A stretch of DNA of 64,000 nucleotides from an uncultured archaeon (GTDB lineage: Archaea > Thermoplasmatota > Thermoplasmata > Thermoplasmatales > Thermoplasmataceae). Shown here in pieces: positions 21,435 through 31,220 of the stretch. Numbering within the stretch: the first letter of the stretch is position 1; each line of letters begins with the position of its first letter. The notes below the pieces were generated by a model. The model was not told the origin of the DNA. It did not search any database and saw only the letters and a program-made list of their open reading frames with translations. The stretch is taken from NCBI GenBank assembly GCA_000965745.1, contig CP009479.1, forward strand, positions 32,001 through 96,000, given 5' to 3'. The translations under genes were made by a program, and so were the position numbers.

Positions 21435-22193
21435 TCACGGAGCCCTTGTGAACTCCGATACTACATTGTTCTTCTTGCTTGATTCGGTTATAGCCAGTAT
21501 TGACTTCCTGAGTGTTTCCTCAGCAGACTTGTAGTCCTTGTCCTGTACGCTTATGCGGTACCTGGGGGCTCCTGCATACTGTATCTCAACCCCCTCTGAT
21601 ATCCCTGTCAACAGGGATGCCTTGATCCTGTCCATCCCGTCAGGAGCAAGAGAGTAGGACTCAATATAGCCTCCAATCTGTACGAATGGAGGGACAACGT
21701 TTTCCTTGGCCAGCTGGATTATTACCTGCTTCCATTTCCCCTTCTTCTCAGGGAGCCAGTTCTCTTCTGCAGCAGCTTCTTCGAAGGCTTCGTAAAGGGT
21801 CCCGTATTTCTTTCTCAGGAAGCCCGCGAATTCTTCCTCACATTCATCAACACTCTTGTTAAGCTGTTCTGCAGCGAGTTCGAGGAGTTTTGCGGATTTC
21901 TGCTCGTTTTTCCACTGGGAGATTTTCTCCCTCTTCTGGTGGGCGTTTACCCGTTTAAGTGAGAGGTCAATGTAACCTCTTTCCTTGTCAACGTTCAGAA
22001 CTTTGCATACAGTTCTCTGACCTTCCCTCAGGTGATCCCTGATGTGTTTTACCCAGCCCGTGGCAACTTCTGCTATGTGGATGAAACCTTCCTTTCCTTC
22101 GTATTCATCCAGCTTCACTGTAGCGCCGAAGTTCTTGACGTCCTTTATGGTCACGACGACGAGATCACTGTTTTCGGGAAGATCTTTTCTCAT
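21435..22193 (-). CDS. eif2a: translation initiation factor aIF-2 alpha
   Basis: S1 domain, HIAEVATGWVK, GYIDLSLKRV, GAPRY. Confidence 0.96.
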   Translation of the reverse strand: MRKDLPENSDLVVVTIKDVKNFGATVKLDEYEGKEGFIHIAEVATGWVKHIRDHLREGQRTVCKVLNVDKERGYIDLSLKRVNAHQKREKISQWKNEQKSAKLLELAAEQLNKSVDECEEEFAGFLRKKYGTLYEAFEEAAAEENWLPEKKGKWKQVIIQLAKENVVPPFVQIGGYIESYSLAPDGMDRIKASLLTGISEGVEIQYAGAPRYRISVQDKDYKSAEETLRKSILAITESSKKNNVVSEFTRAP

Positions 22194-22390
22194 TTGAGTA
22201 CCTCTAATACCTCAGCGTTTGTTGATATCGTACCACCTGTTGGCGATACGAGCGTGGCTCCGCATATGTTGCAAACAACAGTGCTTGAGCCTTTTGAGTA
22301 TGTGACCTGGACATTTTCGCAATCCCTGCACTTTATCTTAAGGAAATTGTTTCCTGTCCCCTTTGCCTTTACAAACTTGTTTTCTGCCAT
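22190..22390 (-). CDS. rps27e: 30S ribosomal protein S27e
   Basis: FLKIKCRDCENVQ...CNICG...PTGG. Confidence 0.95.
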   Translation of the reverse strand: MAENKFVKAKGTGNNFLKIKCRDCENVQVTYSKGSSTVVCNICGATLVSPTGGTISTNAEVLEVLK

Positions 22391-22395
22391 CTTGA

Positions 22396-22677
22396 TTATG
22401 CCTCCACAATCTCGAATTTCTTCGCTCTCTTGGTAGGCGTAGTTATTGCCCTGTCACACTCTGCGCACCTGAACCTTATGGAAACCCTCTTGGTTGGTTT
22501 CTCCCGTCCCTCGAATCTGGGCCTCGGAAAACCTCCGTAACCTGATGTGACTCTTCTGAATCTCCTCTGGCCTGCCTTGAACTCGCTTGCCTTCTTCTTC
22601 CGCACCCGCTCTACGGTGTGCGGTGTGTGCTTCTTGCACCACGGGCAATACATGCTGACTTTTTTTGGGATTTTCAA
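22396..22677 (-). CDS. rpl44e: 50S ribosomal protein L44e (eL42)
   Basis: KIPKKVSMYCPWCKKHT, GYGGFPRP, KPTK; TTG start at 22677 after GGAGTG. Confidence 0.95.
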   Translation of the reverse strand: MKIPKKVSMYCPWCKKHTPHTVERVRKKKASEFKAGQRRFRRVTSGYGGFPRPRFEGREKPTKRVSIRFRCAECDRAITTPTKRAKKFEIVEA

Positions 22678-22700
22678 TCTTTTCACTCCTTCTGAACTGT

Positions 22701-22794
22701 CATGTCCATGATATCAGGCATATTGTTTGTGTGTTTTTATAGAGGCATTATCGCCCTAGACCTGAATTACTGCGCTGTTAGTACGCAGGACACG
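22701..22794 (-). promoter_or_regulatory. candidate structured 5' leader of the rpl44e operon
   Basis: TATA TTATAT at 22819-22824; hand-folded nested stems CGUGUCC/GGACAUG, UGCG/CGCA, UCAGG/CCUGA, UAG-GGC/GCC-U-CUA. Confidence 0.35.
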
Positions 22795-23147
22795 TTACGT
22801 TTGGTATTTAGATGTAGGATATAAGTTTTTAACAGGAATGCCGGATAGTTTCAATGCCCTCCAATGCCAATCAATGGCAGGGCAGAATCAACATCCTGGA
22901 GACACCCGCGCACATGTGATTACTACAGCAGTATTAACGCCTCTGACTGAACCATGTTGAGTGTAATGGCCGTCAGTGCGTGTGCAAACTCACGGAATAC
23001 CGTTTTCATTCCACACCGAAAAGAGAGCATTTTATCCATCATTCTGAATATTTAAAAGTCGCTGGAAAAAGAGCCTTGACAAGCAATAACTATCAAGGGT
23101 GGAGGGTATGGATTAATATACTCCTGTATGTTCTTAATCTGATCACA

Positions 23148-25019
23148 ATGAGTCGCATGAAGGAACTGCTTCAGGACTCTCCAGGGTCAAAACTTTTTCT
23201 TCTCGGAAACGAGGCTGTTGCGAGAGGAGTTGTTGAGGCCGGAGTCTCGGTAGCAGCCACATATCCAGGCACGCCTTCAAGTGAAGTTGGCGATGCGCTT
23301 TATCAGATCGCCAGAGAAAGCGGCATAAATTTCGAATTTTCTGTTAATGAAAAAGTTGCCCTGGAGATTGCATTTGCCGCTTCAATTTCCGGCCTCAGGT
23401 CCTTCGTGTTCATGAAGCATGTTGGCCTGAACGTGGCGTCTGACCCGTTCATGAGTATTGCCTACACAGGGGTGAAAGGAGGCATGGTTATCATGAGCGC
23501 GGACGACCCTTCCATGTTCTCATCCCAGAATGAGCAGGACAACCGGAATTTTGCACAGTTTGCGCACATTCCTCTTATTGAGCCTTCGAACCCCCAGGAG
23601 GCCAAGGATTTCCTCGTTGAAGCTTTTGAGCTTTCTGAGAACGAAGGTGTCCCGGTGCTTTTCAGGACCACTACAAGAGTAAGCCATCAGAGGACTAATG
23701 TGGAACTCTCCCCCATCAGGAAGACAAAAACTGTAGGGCAGTTCGAGCATAATTCCGGAAAATACGTATCACTGCCTGTAAATGCAAGGGGTCTGAGGAA
23801 AAAACTTGAAGATAAGATGTTCAGGATAGCTGTCAGCTATGGCAAAGGCGTTCTTAACAGGGTTGAGAACAACGGTACACCTGAATATGGCATAATAACG
23901 TCGGGAGAAGCCTACAATATCGTTTCTGATGTTGTGCAGAGAAATGGCCTTAAGGTATCCATCCTGAAACTGGGCCTCACCAACCCCCTTCCCAGGACCA
24001 TGGTCGAGGAATTCCTTGACGTGAATGAGAAGATTATCGTTGTCGAGGAACTGGACCCATTCCTTGAGGCAAAGGTAAGGTCACTGGTGCAGTCTACCGA
24101 AAGGAAGAACAAGGTCTATGGAAAACTGGATGACCATTTCCCCTCAATGTATGAGTTCAACTACGAGGTTGTCTCGGAAGGACTGGACAGCATCATGCAC
24201 ACTAACATCCCGACAAAGGTGTCTTTCGAGCTCACGAAAGAACTTCCGCCAAGGCCTCCTGTACTCTGCCCGGGATGCCCCCACAGGGCCACATACTATG
24301 CCATGAAGAGGGCGGTGAAGATGATGAAGGTCAAGGACCCGATATACGCATCAGACATAGGATGTTACTCACTCGGGTTTTACGAGCCATTCAACGAGGG
24401 TGATACAATGATCTCAATGGGTTCATCTGAAGGTATAGCCAACGGGCTGTCCAAGGCGGTGGACAACCAGATCATCTCGTTCATCGGAGATTCCACGTTC
24501 TTCCATTCAGGCATACCGCCCTTGATCAACGCGGTGCACAACGGGGCGAAGTACCTGCTTATAGTGATGGACAATGGAACCACTGCTATGACAGGGCAGC
24601 AGCCGAACCCCGGTGTCTCCACTCCTGGGGTCAATGGCCAGGTTTCCATCGAATCTGTTGCAAAATCCATAGGGGTGAATTTTGTCAGGACAGTGGATCC
24701 CTATGATCTCGGCACAACCCTCAGGACGATGACTGACGCACTGAAACAGGACGGAGTTTCAGTGATAGTTGCGAGAAGGGAGTGCGCTATCCTGAGAGAT
24801 GCAAGGCTCAGGGCGCAGGGCGAGATCCATCCCTACGCTGTAAACCAGGACAAGTGCTCCAAATGCATGAATTGTGTCGAAAACTTCGCCTGCCCTGCAT
24901 TCTTCATTTCGGACGGGAAGATCGACATAAACCCCACCCTGTGCGACGGCTGCGGTGTTTGCGCTGAACCATACGTCTGCCCGTTCAGGGCTATCGAGGT
25001 GAGGCAGAATGGAAGTTAA
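23148..25019 (+). CDS. iorA: indolepyruvate:ferredoxin oxidoreductase alpha subunit
   Basis: LLGNEAVARG, YPGTPSSE, KHVGLNVA, LCPGCPHR, GDSTFFH, TAMTG, C-terminal 2x[4Fe-4S]. Confidence 0.95.
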   Translation: MSRMKELLQDSPGSKLFLLGNEAVARGVVEAGVSVAATYPGTPSSEVGDALYQIARESGINFEFSVNEKVALEIAFAASISGLRSFVFMKHVGLNVASDPFMSIAYTGVKGGMVIMSADDPSMFSSQNEQDNRNFAQFAHIPLIEPSNPQEAKDFLVEAFELSENEGVPVLFRTTTRVSHQRTNVELSPIRKTKTVGQFEHNSGKYVSLPVNARGLRKKLEDKMFRIAVSYGKGVLNRVENNGTPEYGIITSGEAYNIVSDVVQRNGLKVSILKLGLTNPLPRTMVEEFLDVNEKIIVVEELDPFLEAKVRSLVQSTERKNKVYGKLDDHFPSMYEFNYEVVSEGLDSIMHTNIPTKVSFELTKELPPRPPVLCPGCPHRATYYAMKRAVKMMKVKDPIYASDIGCYSLGFYEPFNEGDTMISMGSSEGIANGLSKAVDNQIISFIGDSTFFHSGIPPLINAVHNGAKYLLIVMDNGTTAMTGQQPNPGVSTPGVNGQVSIESVAKSIGVNFVRTVDPYDLGTTLRTMTDALKQDGVSVIVARRECAILRDARLRAQGEIHPYAVNQDKCSKCMNCVENFACPAFFISDGKIDINPTLCDGCGVCAEPYVCPFRAIEVRQNGS

Positions 25020-25608
25020 TGTTATTGTGGCAGGTGTCGGAGGCCAGGGTGTAGTGACAGCCGGCACCCTGATCTCACAATCCGCCCTTGTTAAGGGGCA
25101 CAATGTTGTGATGTCGGAGATCCACGGACTGGCCCAGAGAGGAGGGTCAGTATCTGTTGAAGTGAGGATAGGGAATATCAGGAGCCCGATAATTCCCAAA
25201 GGGGAAACAGACCTTATCCTGGGGATTGAGCCCATAGAAGCGGTAAGGGCGGCCGAAAATGCGGGAGAAAGGACTGATGTACTGATAAACATAGGCCCGG
25301 TTGAACCGGTTTCGTTGAGCATGAGAGGGAAGGAGTATCCCGACATGCGTGAACTCGTCTCGGAAATCGTCGACAGGCTTGATGTCCATTTCATAGATGC
25401 GCTTCCCCTGGCCCTCGAGGCCGGGGATGCAAGGGCCGTCAGTACAGTAATGGTCGGGGCAGCATTGCAGCTTGGAATACTTCCAATAGATGAAGAATCA
25501 ACCCTGGAAGCTTTGAAGAAGAGGTTCAGCGAGAGGCTTTACACAATAAATGAAAAAGCCTTGAAACTCGGAATGAAGAACGTGCTTCTGGCCCTTCATG
25601 AAATATAG
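25009..25608 (+). CDS. iorB: indolepyruvate:ferredoxin oxidoreductase beta subunit
   Basis: GVGGQG, SEIHGLAQRGGSV; overlaps iorA. Confidence 0.94.
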   Translation: MEVNVIVAGVGGQGVVTAGTLISQSALVKGHNVVMSEIHGLAQRGGSVSVEVRIGNIRSPIIPKGETDLILGIEPIEAVRAAENAGERTDVLINIGPVEPVSLSMRGKEYPDMRELVSEIVDRLDVHFIDALPLALEAGDARAVSTVMVGAALQLGILPIDEESTLEALKKRFSERLYTINEKALKLGMKNVLLALHEI

Positions 25609-25870
25609 CGTGTACTCGGGACAAATTCCATTCTTTTTTCCGCATATTTTATATTTTTACTTCCAAACGGAATGTCATATTCCAAGGCATGCCGGAGTCA
25701 ATTATATGCCCGTTAAGTCTCAGCCCCATAGTGTTCATGTGAACCACACCATGCAATGCAATATGTTTATCCCTGCGGATAAGATTCAGCCTTCAAAGAC
25801 TGTATTTCAGGGGTGCAGTCCGCTCTGCGATCACCTTAAATAGGTTTTATCAATCAAGCTTTGAATTTAA

Positions 25871-26125
25871 ATGCCTAGACCCAACACAAGCGCCCTCAGA
25901 CCCATGGATGTTCTCAAGAGTGCAATTGAGAGAAACGTCCTGGTCGATGTTAAGGGAAACAGAGGATATTCCGGAATTCTTGAAGGATATGACATCTACA
26001 TGAATCTAGTTATTCGAAACGCCGGCGAGACGATCGGCGGTGAGAGCAAGGGTGTCTACGAGAGGCTCCTCGTCAGGGGGGACAATGTCATATTTGTTTC
26101 GCCATCAAGAGGTGATGAAAAGTGA
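25871..26125 (+). CDS. lsm: Sm-like protein (SmAP1/Lsm)
   Basis: RPMDVL, GILEGYDIYMNLV, VRGDNVIFVSP; upstream of rpl37e. Confidence 0.95.
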   Translation: MPRPNTSALRPMDVLKSAIERNVLVDVKGNRGYSGILEGYDIYMNLVIRNAGETIGGESKGVYERLLVRGDNVIFVSPSRGDEK

Positions 26126-26286
26126 GTAACGGAACAGCCGTAATGGGCAAGATGAATAGCAAGAAGGTTCATGTTACATGTCGAAGATGTGGCCAGCATG
26201 CGTACCACGTCAGACAGAAGAGGTGCTCACACTGTGGATTCCCTAGCCCACGAATCAGATCTTTTAGATGGGCAAAAGCCAAGTGA
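26122..26286 (+). CDS. rpl37e: 50S ribosomal protein L37e (missing from the ORF track)
   Basis: GTG start, MSNGTAVMGKMNSKKVHVTCRRCGQHAYHVRQKRCSHCGFPSPRIRSFRWAKAK; 54 aa. Confidence 0.95.
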   Translation: MSNGTAVMGKMNSKKVHVTCRRCGQHAYHVRQKRCSHCGFPSPRIRSFRWAKAK

Positions 26287-27679
26287 GTATTGCGCAGTAG
26301 TAGGCTTCAACGGAGCTGATTCTGCCTTCGCAAATGTACTAGTTTCTCTAAAGTCCCTCCAGCATAGAGGGCAGGAAAGTGCCGGAATAGCAATTTATGA
26401 CGGCAATTCACTCAATGTCAGGAAGGGGATGGGCCTTGTTTCTGAGGTCTTTAGTGACAGCTACCTGGAAAACGGAGGGTCGCTGAAGGGAAAGGTCGGC
26501 ATAGGCCATACACGCTATTCCACTGCTGGAACTAAAACGCTGGAGAATGCGGGACCTTTTATTGTTTCAAATTCGATAGGGTACATGGCACTGTCCCACA
26601 ACGGTGAGATAGTGAACGCGGATCCCCTCAGGGAAGACCTCAAGAAAAAGGGCATGACATTCCTTACGTCTTCTGACTCGGAAGTCATGCTGAATGTGCT
26701 TTCGAAGGAAGTCGTTGAGAACGGAATCCAGCGTGGCCTCAGGCTTGCGATGGAGAAACTGCGCGGGGCATATTCTGCTGCTGTTGTTGTCAATGACAGG
26801 CTTTTTGCAATACGCGACCCGCACGGTTTCAGGCCACTTATCATAGGGAAGGTCGGCGAAAATTACATTGCGGCTTCAGAAAGCTGTGTCCTGGACATCC
26901 TGGGAGGAGACCTGATACGCGATGTCAACCCGGGGGAAGTTGTTGAGCTCACGGAGAGCGGCCCTGTGACACTATTTTCTGTTCCTGCGAAGAAAACCGC
27001 CCACTGCATGTTTGAATACGTGTATTTCGCAAGGCCGGACAGCGTCATTGACAAGATTGAAGTTTACAACGTCAGGATAAACCTTGGAAGAAAGCTTGCA
27101 AAGGAGCATCCGGTCGAAGCAGACATAGTGATCCCGGTCCCGGATTCTGCAAGGGCCCAGGCACTGGGATACTCAAATGAGTCGGGAATCGCATACGGGG
27201 AAGGGCTCATGAAGAACAGGTTCTCGGAGAGGACTTTTATTATGCCCAACCAGAAGTCAAGGACTTCCGCCCTGCGCCTGAAGCTCAACCCGATCAAATC
27301 TGCCATAGAGGGGAAAAGAATAGTCCTCGTTGATGACAGCATCATTCGCGGCAACACGATGAAGCACATCATAAAGATCCTGAGAAGGTCGGGTGCCAGT
27401 GAGGTCCATGTCAGGATAGGATCTCCTGAAATCATAGCTGCATGCTATTTCGGCGTGGACATGAAGACAAAGAAAGACTTCATCGCTGCAGGGAAGACCG
27501 ATGAGCAGATTAGGGAAGAGATAGGTGCCGATTCACTTGGGTACACGTCGATAGAAGGGCTTGTCGACAGCATCGGGATGCCTGAAAACAACCTGTGCCT
27601 GGGCTGCATTACAGGCAGATATCCCGTGAGCGTCGCAGGCGAGAGGCTGACGATGCAGACCGAACTTGAGAGCTACTGA
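26234..27679 (+). CDS. purF: amidophosphoribosyltransferase
   Basis: KPSEYC propeptide junction, QHRGQESAG, GHTRYST, CMFEYVYFARPDS, VDDSIIRG; likely GTG start at 26234 behind GAGGTG. Confidence 0.95.
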   Translation: MDSLAHESDLLDGQKPSEYCAVVGFNGADSAFANVLVSLKSLQHRGQESAGIAIYDGNSLNVRKGMGLVSEVFSDSYLENGGSLKGKVGIGHTRYSTAGTKTLENAGPFIVSNSIGYMALSHNGEIVNADPLREDLKKKGMTFLTSSDSEVMLNVLSKEVVENGIQRGLRLAMEKLRGAYSAAVVVNDRLFAIRDPHGFRPLIIGKVGENYIAASESCVLDILGGDLIRDVNPGEVVELTESGPVTLFSVPAKKTAHCMFEYVYFARPDSVIDKIEVYNVRINLGRKLAKEHPVEADIVIPVPDSARAQALGYSNESGIAYGEGLMKNRFSERTFIMPNQKSRTSALRLKLNPIKSAIEGKRIVLVDDSIIRGNTMKHIIKILRRSGASEVHVRIGSPEIIAACYFGVDMKTKKDFIAAGKTDEQIREEIGADSLGYTSIEGLVDSIGMPENNLCLGCITGRYPVSVAGERLTMQTELESY

Positions 27680-28534
27680 TCAGGGCCTTTTTTCCATCAT
27701 TCTTTCTTTTATTGTGTCTCTCATGGACTCTACGTCCACCGTCCCGCCAAAATAATCTGCCCTTACCGCGATTGCGAGCTTGTTTGCGAGTGTTCTCGAA
27801 ACCCTTCCCCTTCTTTTCGGGGGAAGTGAAGATATTCCCGGGAACTTGAAGATCACGCCATGCTTGGGCGGTGGAGTTCCGGACCTCATATGCTTGAAGA
27901 AAGCCTTGTCTGCGCCAAGGACCTGTAAAGTGCTGGCAGGGTACCGCACAAGATTCTTCAGCCCCCCTCCGAGATATAATATTTCTGTTGCAAGATCGGC
28001 CCCAACGAGGGCTGTGCTGTTCGGCATCACCGTGCCTATCCGGCCTGCTATGAAAGTGGAAAGGTTCGTCCGGAGGCCGCACATCCTGACCCCCTCTGTA
28101 GAGATCTCCCTGAGGATCGTGTTCAGGCCGGGATCTTCTGTATCGGAGCCGATAAGGGCGAAGAACCTGCATGGATCATTTCCATATTCAGGAAACCCTG
28201 AAAGATGCTCCAGGACAGTGGTCTTCTCGAGATAGAGGTTGATTATCCTGTCCATCTCAAGCCTCAGGCCGAACAGCTTGATAATCAGCTGGTCTTCGGA
28301 GAACTCATCTTTGATCCTTCTTTTTCCGTAGCTTATCAGCCTTTCTCTTAGGTCCGGAATCGTCCCCGCTGCCTGTGTTGTTTCCGGAAGCCTTCCTTCC
28401 CTGAGGGTATCGAAAATCTCTTCGTAATTTTCCTCCAGACCTTTGAACTGGCCTGTCAGTTCTCCTTCTTCCACTATCCCGTACCACTTTATCTCTCTTG
28501 GTGGCTTTTTCTGGCCTTTTTTCTTGTTTTTCAT
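27680..28534 (-). CDS. nop5: Nop5 (Nop56/58) family C/D RNP protein, short form
   Basis: MPNS.ALVG, PASTLQVLGADKAFF, PPKHGVIF, RGRVSRTLANKLAIAVRAD; ATG at 28534 with GAGGT upstream. Confidence 0.88.
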   Translation of the reverse strand: MKNKKKGQKKPPREIKWYGIVEEGELTGQFKGLEENYEEIFDTLREGRLPETTQAAGTIPDLRERLISYGKRRIKDEFSEDQLIIKLFGLRLEMDRIINLYLEKTTVLEHLSGFPEYGNDPCRFFALIGSDTEDPGLNTILREISTEGVRMCGLRTNLSTFIAGRIGTVMPNSTALVGADLATEILYLGGGLKNLVRYPASTLQVLGADKAFFKHMRSGTPPPKHGVIFKFPGISSLPPKRRGRVSRTLANKLAIAVRADYFGGTVDVESMRDTIKERMMEKRP

Positions 28535-29486
28535 GGAAAACCTCAACCTTCCTCTTTGGTGCTTCTTCACTCACGGGCCTGGCCTTTCCCGGCCCCCTCT
28601 TCCTCTCGGGCTCGACCATGACCCTGTCGAAGTCCACGACCTTGAGGTCGGAAATATCTGATGAATGGACAAGCATCCTGCCCGTACCTATCAATTCGTT
28701 ATTTTCTGAAAGGACGCAGACCCTGTCGCCGATTCTTGCCTCCCCCACCATGGATTTTATACCTCCGGGGTAAAGGTCTGCGCCATGCGCGATGTTGTCT
28801 ATTGCTGATTTTTTCACGATGATCTTTGGCTTGTCACTGAAGAGATAATTCATCGGAAGGAAAATCCCCCTGAACGGCCTGTCATCGCCCTGGTTCATGA
28901 GCTCTACGGAGTCCTTGAGCTTCTGGATGGTTGTCATCCTGTCCTCCCTGAAAACTCCAGTTGAGATCCTGCGAAGGTCTGCCATCTGTGCACCAGTCCC
29001 AAGGACATACCCCATGTCAACACAGAGTGTCCTGATATAGGTCCCCGAGTCCGTCTTTGCCCGGAAAAGGATCATCTTGCCCTCCTTCTCCACCAGTTCC
29101 AGCTCGTATATCCTCCTGGACCTGATCTCCCTGGCCACTGCTGACTTCATTGGAGGAATCTGGTACACTTCCGTCTGGAACTCCTTCATGACTTCAATGA
29201 GCCTCTCTTCTGATACGTCCGAATGAATGCGCATTGCGCAGATATATTCCTTCGTGTCCTCATGGGCCACATCGATCAGCTTTACAGCTTTGCCGATCGC
29301 CATCACAAGCAGCCCTGTTGCATTAGGGTCGAGAGTGCCCACATGGCCAACCTTGTCGACCCCGAGGATCTGCCTTACCCAGTGGTCCACCTGGTGACTC
29401 GTCGGCCCCTTCGGCTTGTCTATGATAATGAATCCGTCCAGTTTATGGAACTTTTCCGGCGAGTCTGATTTTGTCATAAATTTCAT
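28305..29486 (-). CDS. cbf5: H/ACA pseudouridine synthase Cbf5 with a long basic C-terminal tail
   Basis: DKPKGPTSHQV, GHVGTLDP, GTYIRTLC, PUA domain; start at 29486 or 29477. Confidence 0.95.
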   Translation of the reverse strand: MKFMTKSDSPEKFHKLDGFIIIDKPKGPTSHQVDHWVRQILGVDKVGHVGTLDPNATGLLVMAIGKAVKLIDVAHEDTKEYICAMRIHSDVSEERLIEVMKEFQTEVYQIPPMKSAVAREIRSRRIYELELVEKEGKMILFRAKTDSGTYIRTLCVDMGYVLGTGAQMADLRRISTGVFREDRMTTIQKLKDSVELMNQGDDRPFRGIFLPMNYLFSDKPKIIVKKSAIDNIAHGADLYPGGIKSMVGEARIGDRVCVLSENNELIGTGRMLVHSSDISDLKVVDFDRVMVEPERKRGPGKARPVSEEAPKRKVEVFHEKQEKRPEKATKRDKVVRDSGRRRTDRPVQRSGGKLRRDFRYPQGRKASGNNTGSGDDSGPKRKADKLRKKKDQR

Positions 29487-29985
29487 TCACTACTTGCTCA
29501 ACAGATAGGTTTTCAGTATTTATAATGAGATCGTAGTATTTCTCATCCCTGTAGTCGATTCCATAGAATTCCCTGTACCTCTTTATCTCAGACTCCTCCC
29601 TTTCCCTGACAAGAGCCCTTATCTTCCCGGAATCGGACTGCTCCCTTCCCGATACTCTTTTCACCCGGGTCTCAAAGGGCGCGTCTATGAAAATCCTGAA
29701 TGAGTCAATGGAGTTGTTGAAGCATATCCACCCCACCAGCCTTGATTCCACAACAACGTTGTCGTTATTCCTCATGAAGCCAAGTATCAGGCTGTCCTGC
29801 TGCTTGTCTATGTCGATGTGGGTCTCTGCGTACACGTTGAATTCCTCAAGGCTCATGTTGTATTGTGCAGCGAGCTGTCGGAAAAAAGTCCCCCCGGAAA
29901 AAAATTCGTATTCGAGCAGTGATGCAAGTTTCTTGCCTACACTGGACTTTCCTGAACCGATGGGGCCACTAATCGTTAATTTCAT
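29443..29985 (-). CDS. cmk: cytidylate kinase
   Basis: ISGPIGSGKS, VVESRL, REESEIKRY..YGID. Confidence 0.93.
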   Translation of the reverse strand: MKLTISGPIGSGKSSVGKKLASLLEYEFFSGGTFFRQLAAQYNMSLEEFNVYAETHIDIDKQQDSLILGFMRNNDNVVVESRLVGWICFNNSIDSFRIFIDAPFETRVKRVSGREQSDSGKIRALVREREESEIKRYREFYGIDYRDEKYYDLIINTENLSVEQVVNEIYDKIRLAGKVP

Positions 29986-30661
29986 TTTCAGTTGAGTATT
30001 CCATTCTCCTCAGCTTGTATGTGAAGTCGACGTACTTGATCACCATTGTGACGAAGTATCCCACCACCATAACCGCTAGGAAGTAGATGATGATCCAGTA
30101 GTATATGTATGCGTAGAAATGCGTGTTCAGGTTAACGTTCCAGTTCCACGGGAATGCAACTATTGCGTATGGCAGGTTTGCAATGAATGAGAACAGCCAT
30201 ATGAATATGAGGTAGGTCACCACACTGAATATCATCAGGGGCTTCATGGTGTTCATTGAGACCTGCTGCTGCTCCATTGTCACGTCCATCTGCATCTTCC
30301 TCAGCTTCTGGATCCTGTCCTTCTGGCCACTCTTGTAAGCTTCCCTCATTGTCTTGCTGAAAGCCTTCATCCTGTTCTGGGCCTTTCCCATCTTCAGCCA
30401 GTCCGTGAAGAAGTACCTGGGAATTGAGGTCACGACCCCTATAAGTATTCCTGCAAGTAGCAGAGTAAGGACAGGCAGGTCGAAGTTGAACCCTATGAGG
30501 GGCGAGAAAACTACATCCAGGGCATTGCCTATGGCAGTCCTCAGTGTAGTGTTGGACAATATAATGATATATACAAAGAAACTCAGCATGTAAAGCATCT
30601 GGGTCTGGAGGCCTTTTTTCATGCCTTCCTGCGGAGTTTTAGTCTTGTTCTGTTCAGTCAT
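29969..30661 (-). CDS. DUF106 / EMC3-TMCO1 (Oxa1 superfamily) membrane protein
   Basis: TM-coiled coil-MKPL-TM architecture; position after adk. Confidence 0.88.
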   Translation of the reverse strand: MTEQNKTKTPQEGMKKGLQTQMLYMLSFFVYIIILSNTTLRTAIGNALDVVFSPLIGFNFDLPVLTLLLAGILIGVVTSIPRYFFTDWLKMGKAQNRMKAFSKTMREAYKSGQKDRIQKLRKMQMDVTMEQQQVSMNTMKPLMIFSVVTYLIFIWLFSFIANLPYAIVAFPWNWNVNLNTHFYAYIYYWIIIYFLAVMVVGYFVTMVIKYVDFTYKLRRMEYSTENEIND

Positions 30662-31220
30662 CTGTCCTCAGCCTTGATATGATAGTATTCGCTGCTATGT
30701 TAGGTTTTCCCTCGGGATTTTCTATTATGTTCACCGTGGCTCCCGTGAAAACAGAATATGCAGCGGCATAGTACCTGTTTATCTCCTGGTCCATTCTTAT
30801 GTCATTTTCAGTGGCTGCGTCCCTGTCTCTCGTGCTGTCGGTTGCCCTCCTGCTCAGTACGAGTGATGGGTCAGCCTCTATGACGAAGTATGCTCCGACC
30901 TTGAGTTCCCTGATGACCCACTCAGGCAATCCGGGGAGATAGCCACCGTGAGATTTTATTGACATGTGGGTGTCGATTATTACTGAATCCATCTTCCCAA
31001 TGGCTGCGGAGGCTTTCTTCTGCAGGTTGATCTGCGTGTCTACAGAAAGCTTCCTCAGTCCGTCTCTGTTCTCCACAAGGCCGATGTCCTTGGCCATTTC
31101 AAACATGAGGGTACCGAAGTTTATGATATCATAATTAGTCCCCTTCTTGACCAGATCCAGAACTGTCGATTTACCGACACCCGCGACTCCCGAAATTACG
31201 ACTCTCAATTTATCCACCAA
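30654..31220 (-). CDS. adkA: adenylate kinase (archaeal)
   Basis: GVAGVGKST, NFGTLM, DTH, GYLPGLP. Confidence 0.95.
   Translation of the reverse strand: MVDKLRVVISGVAGVGKSTVLDLVKKGTNYDIINFGTLMFEMAKDIGLVENRDGLRKLSVDTQINLQKKASAAIGKMDSVIIDTHMSIKSHGGYLPGLPEWVIRELKVGAYFVIEADPSLVLSRRATDSTRDRDAATENDIRMDQEINRYYAAAYSVFTGATVNIIENPEGKPNIAANTIISRLRTDD

Noticed and set aside
22850-23100. Several short hairpins and CCTTGA-N13-TCAAGG upstream of iorA
   Set aside because: No coherent fold or C/D-H/ACA boxes; the motif is not repeated before the second iorA
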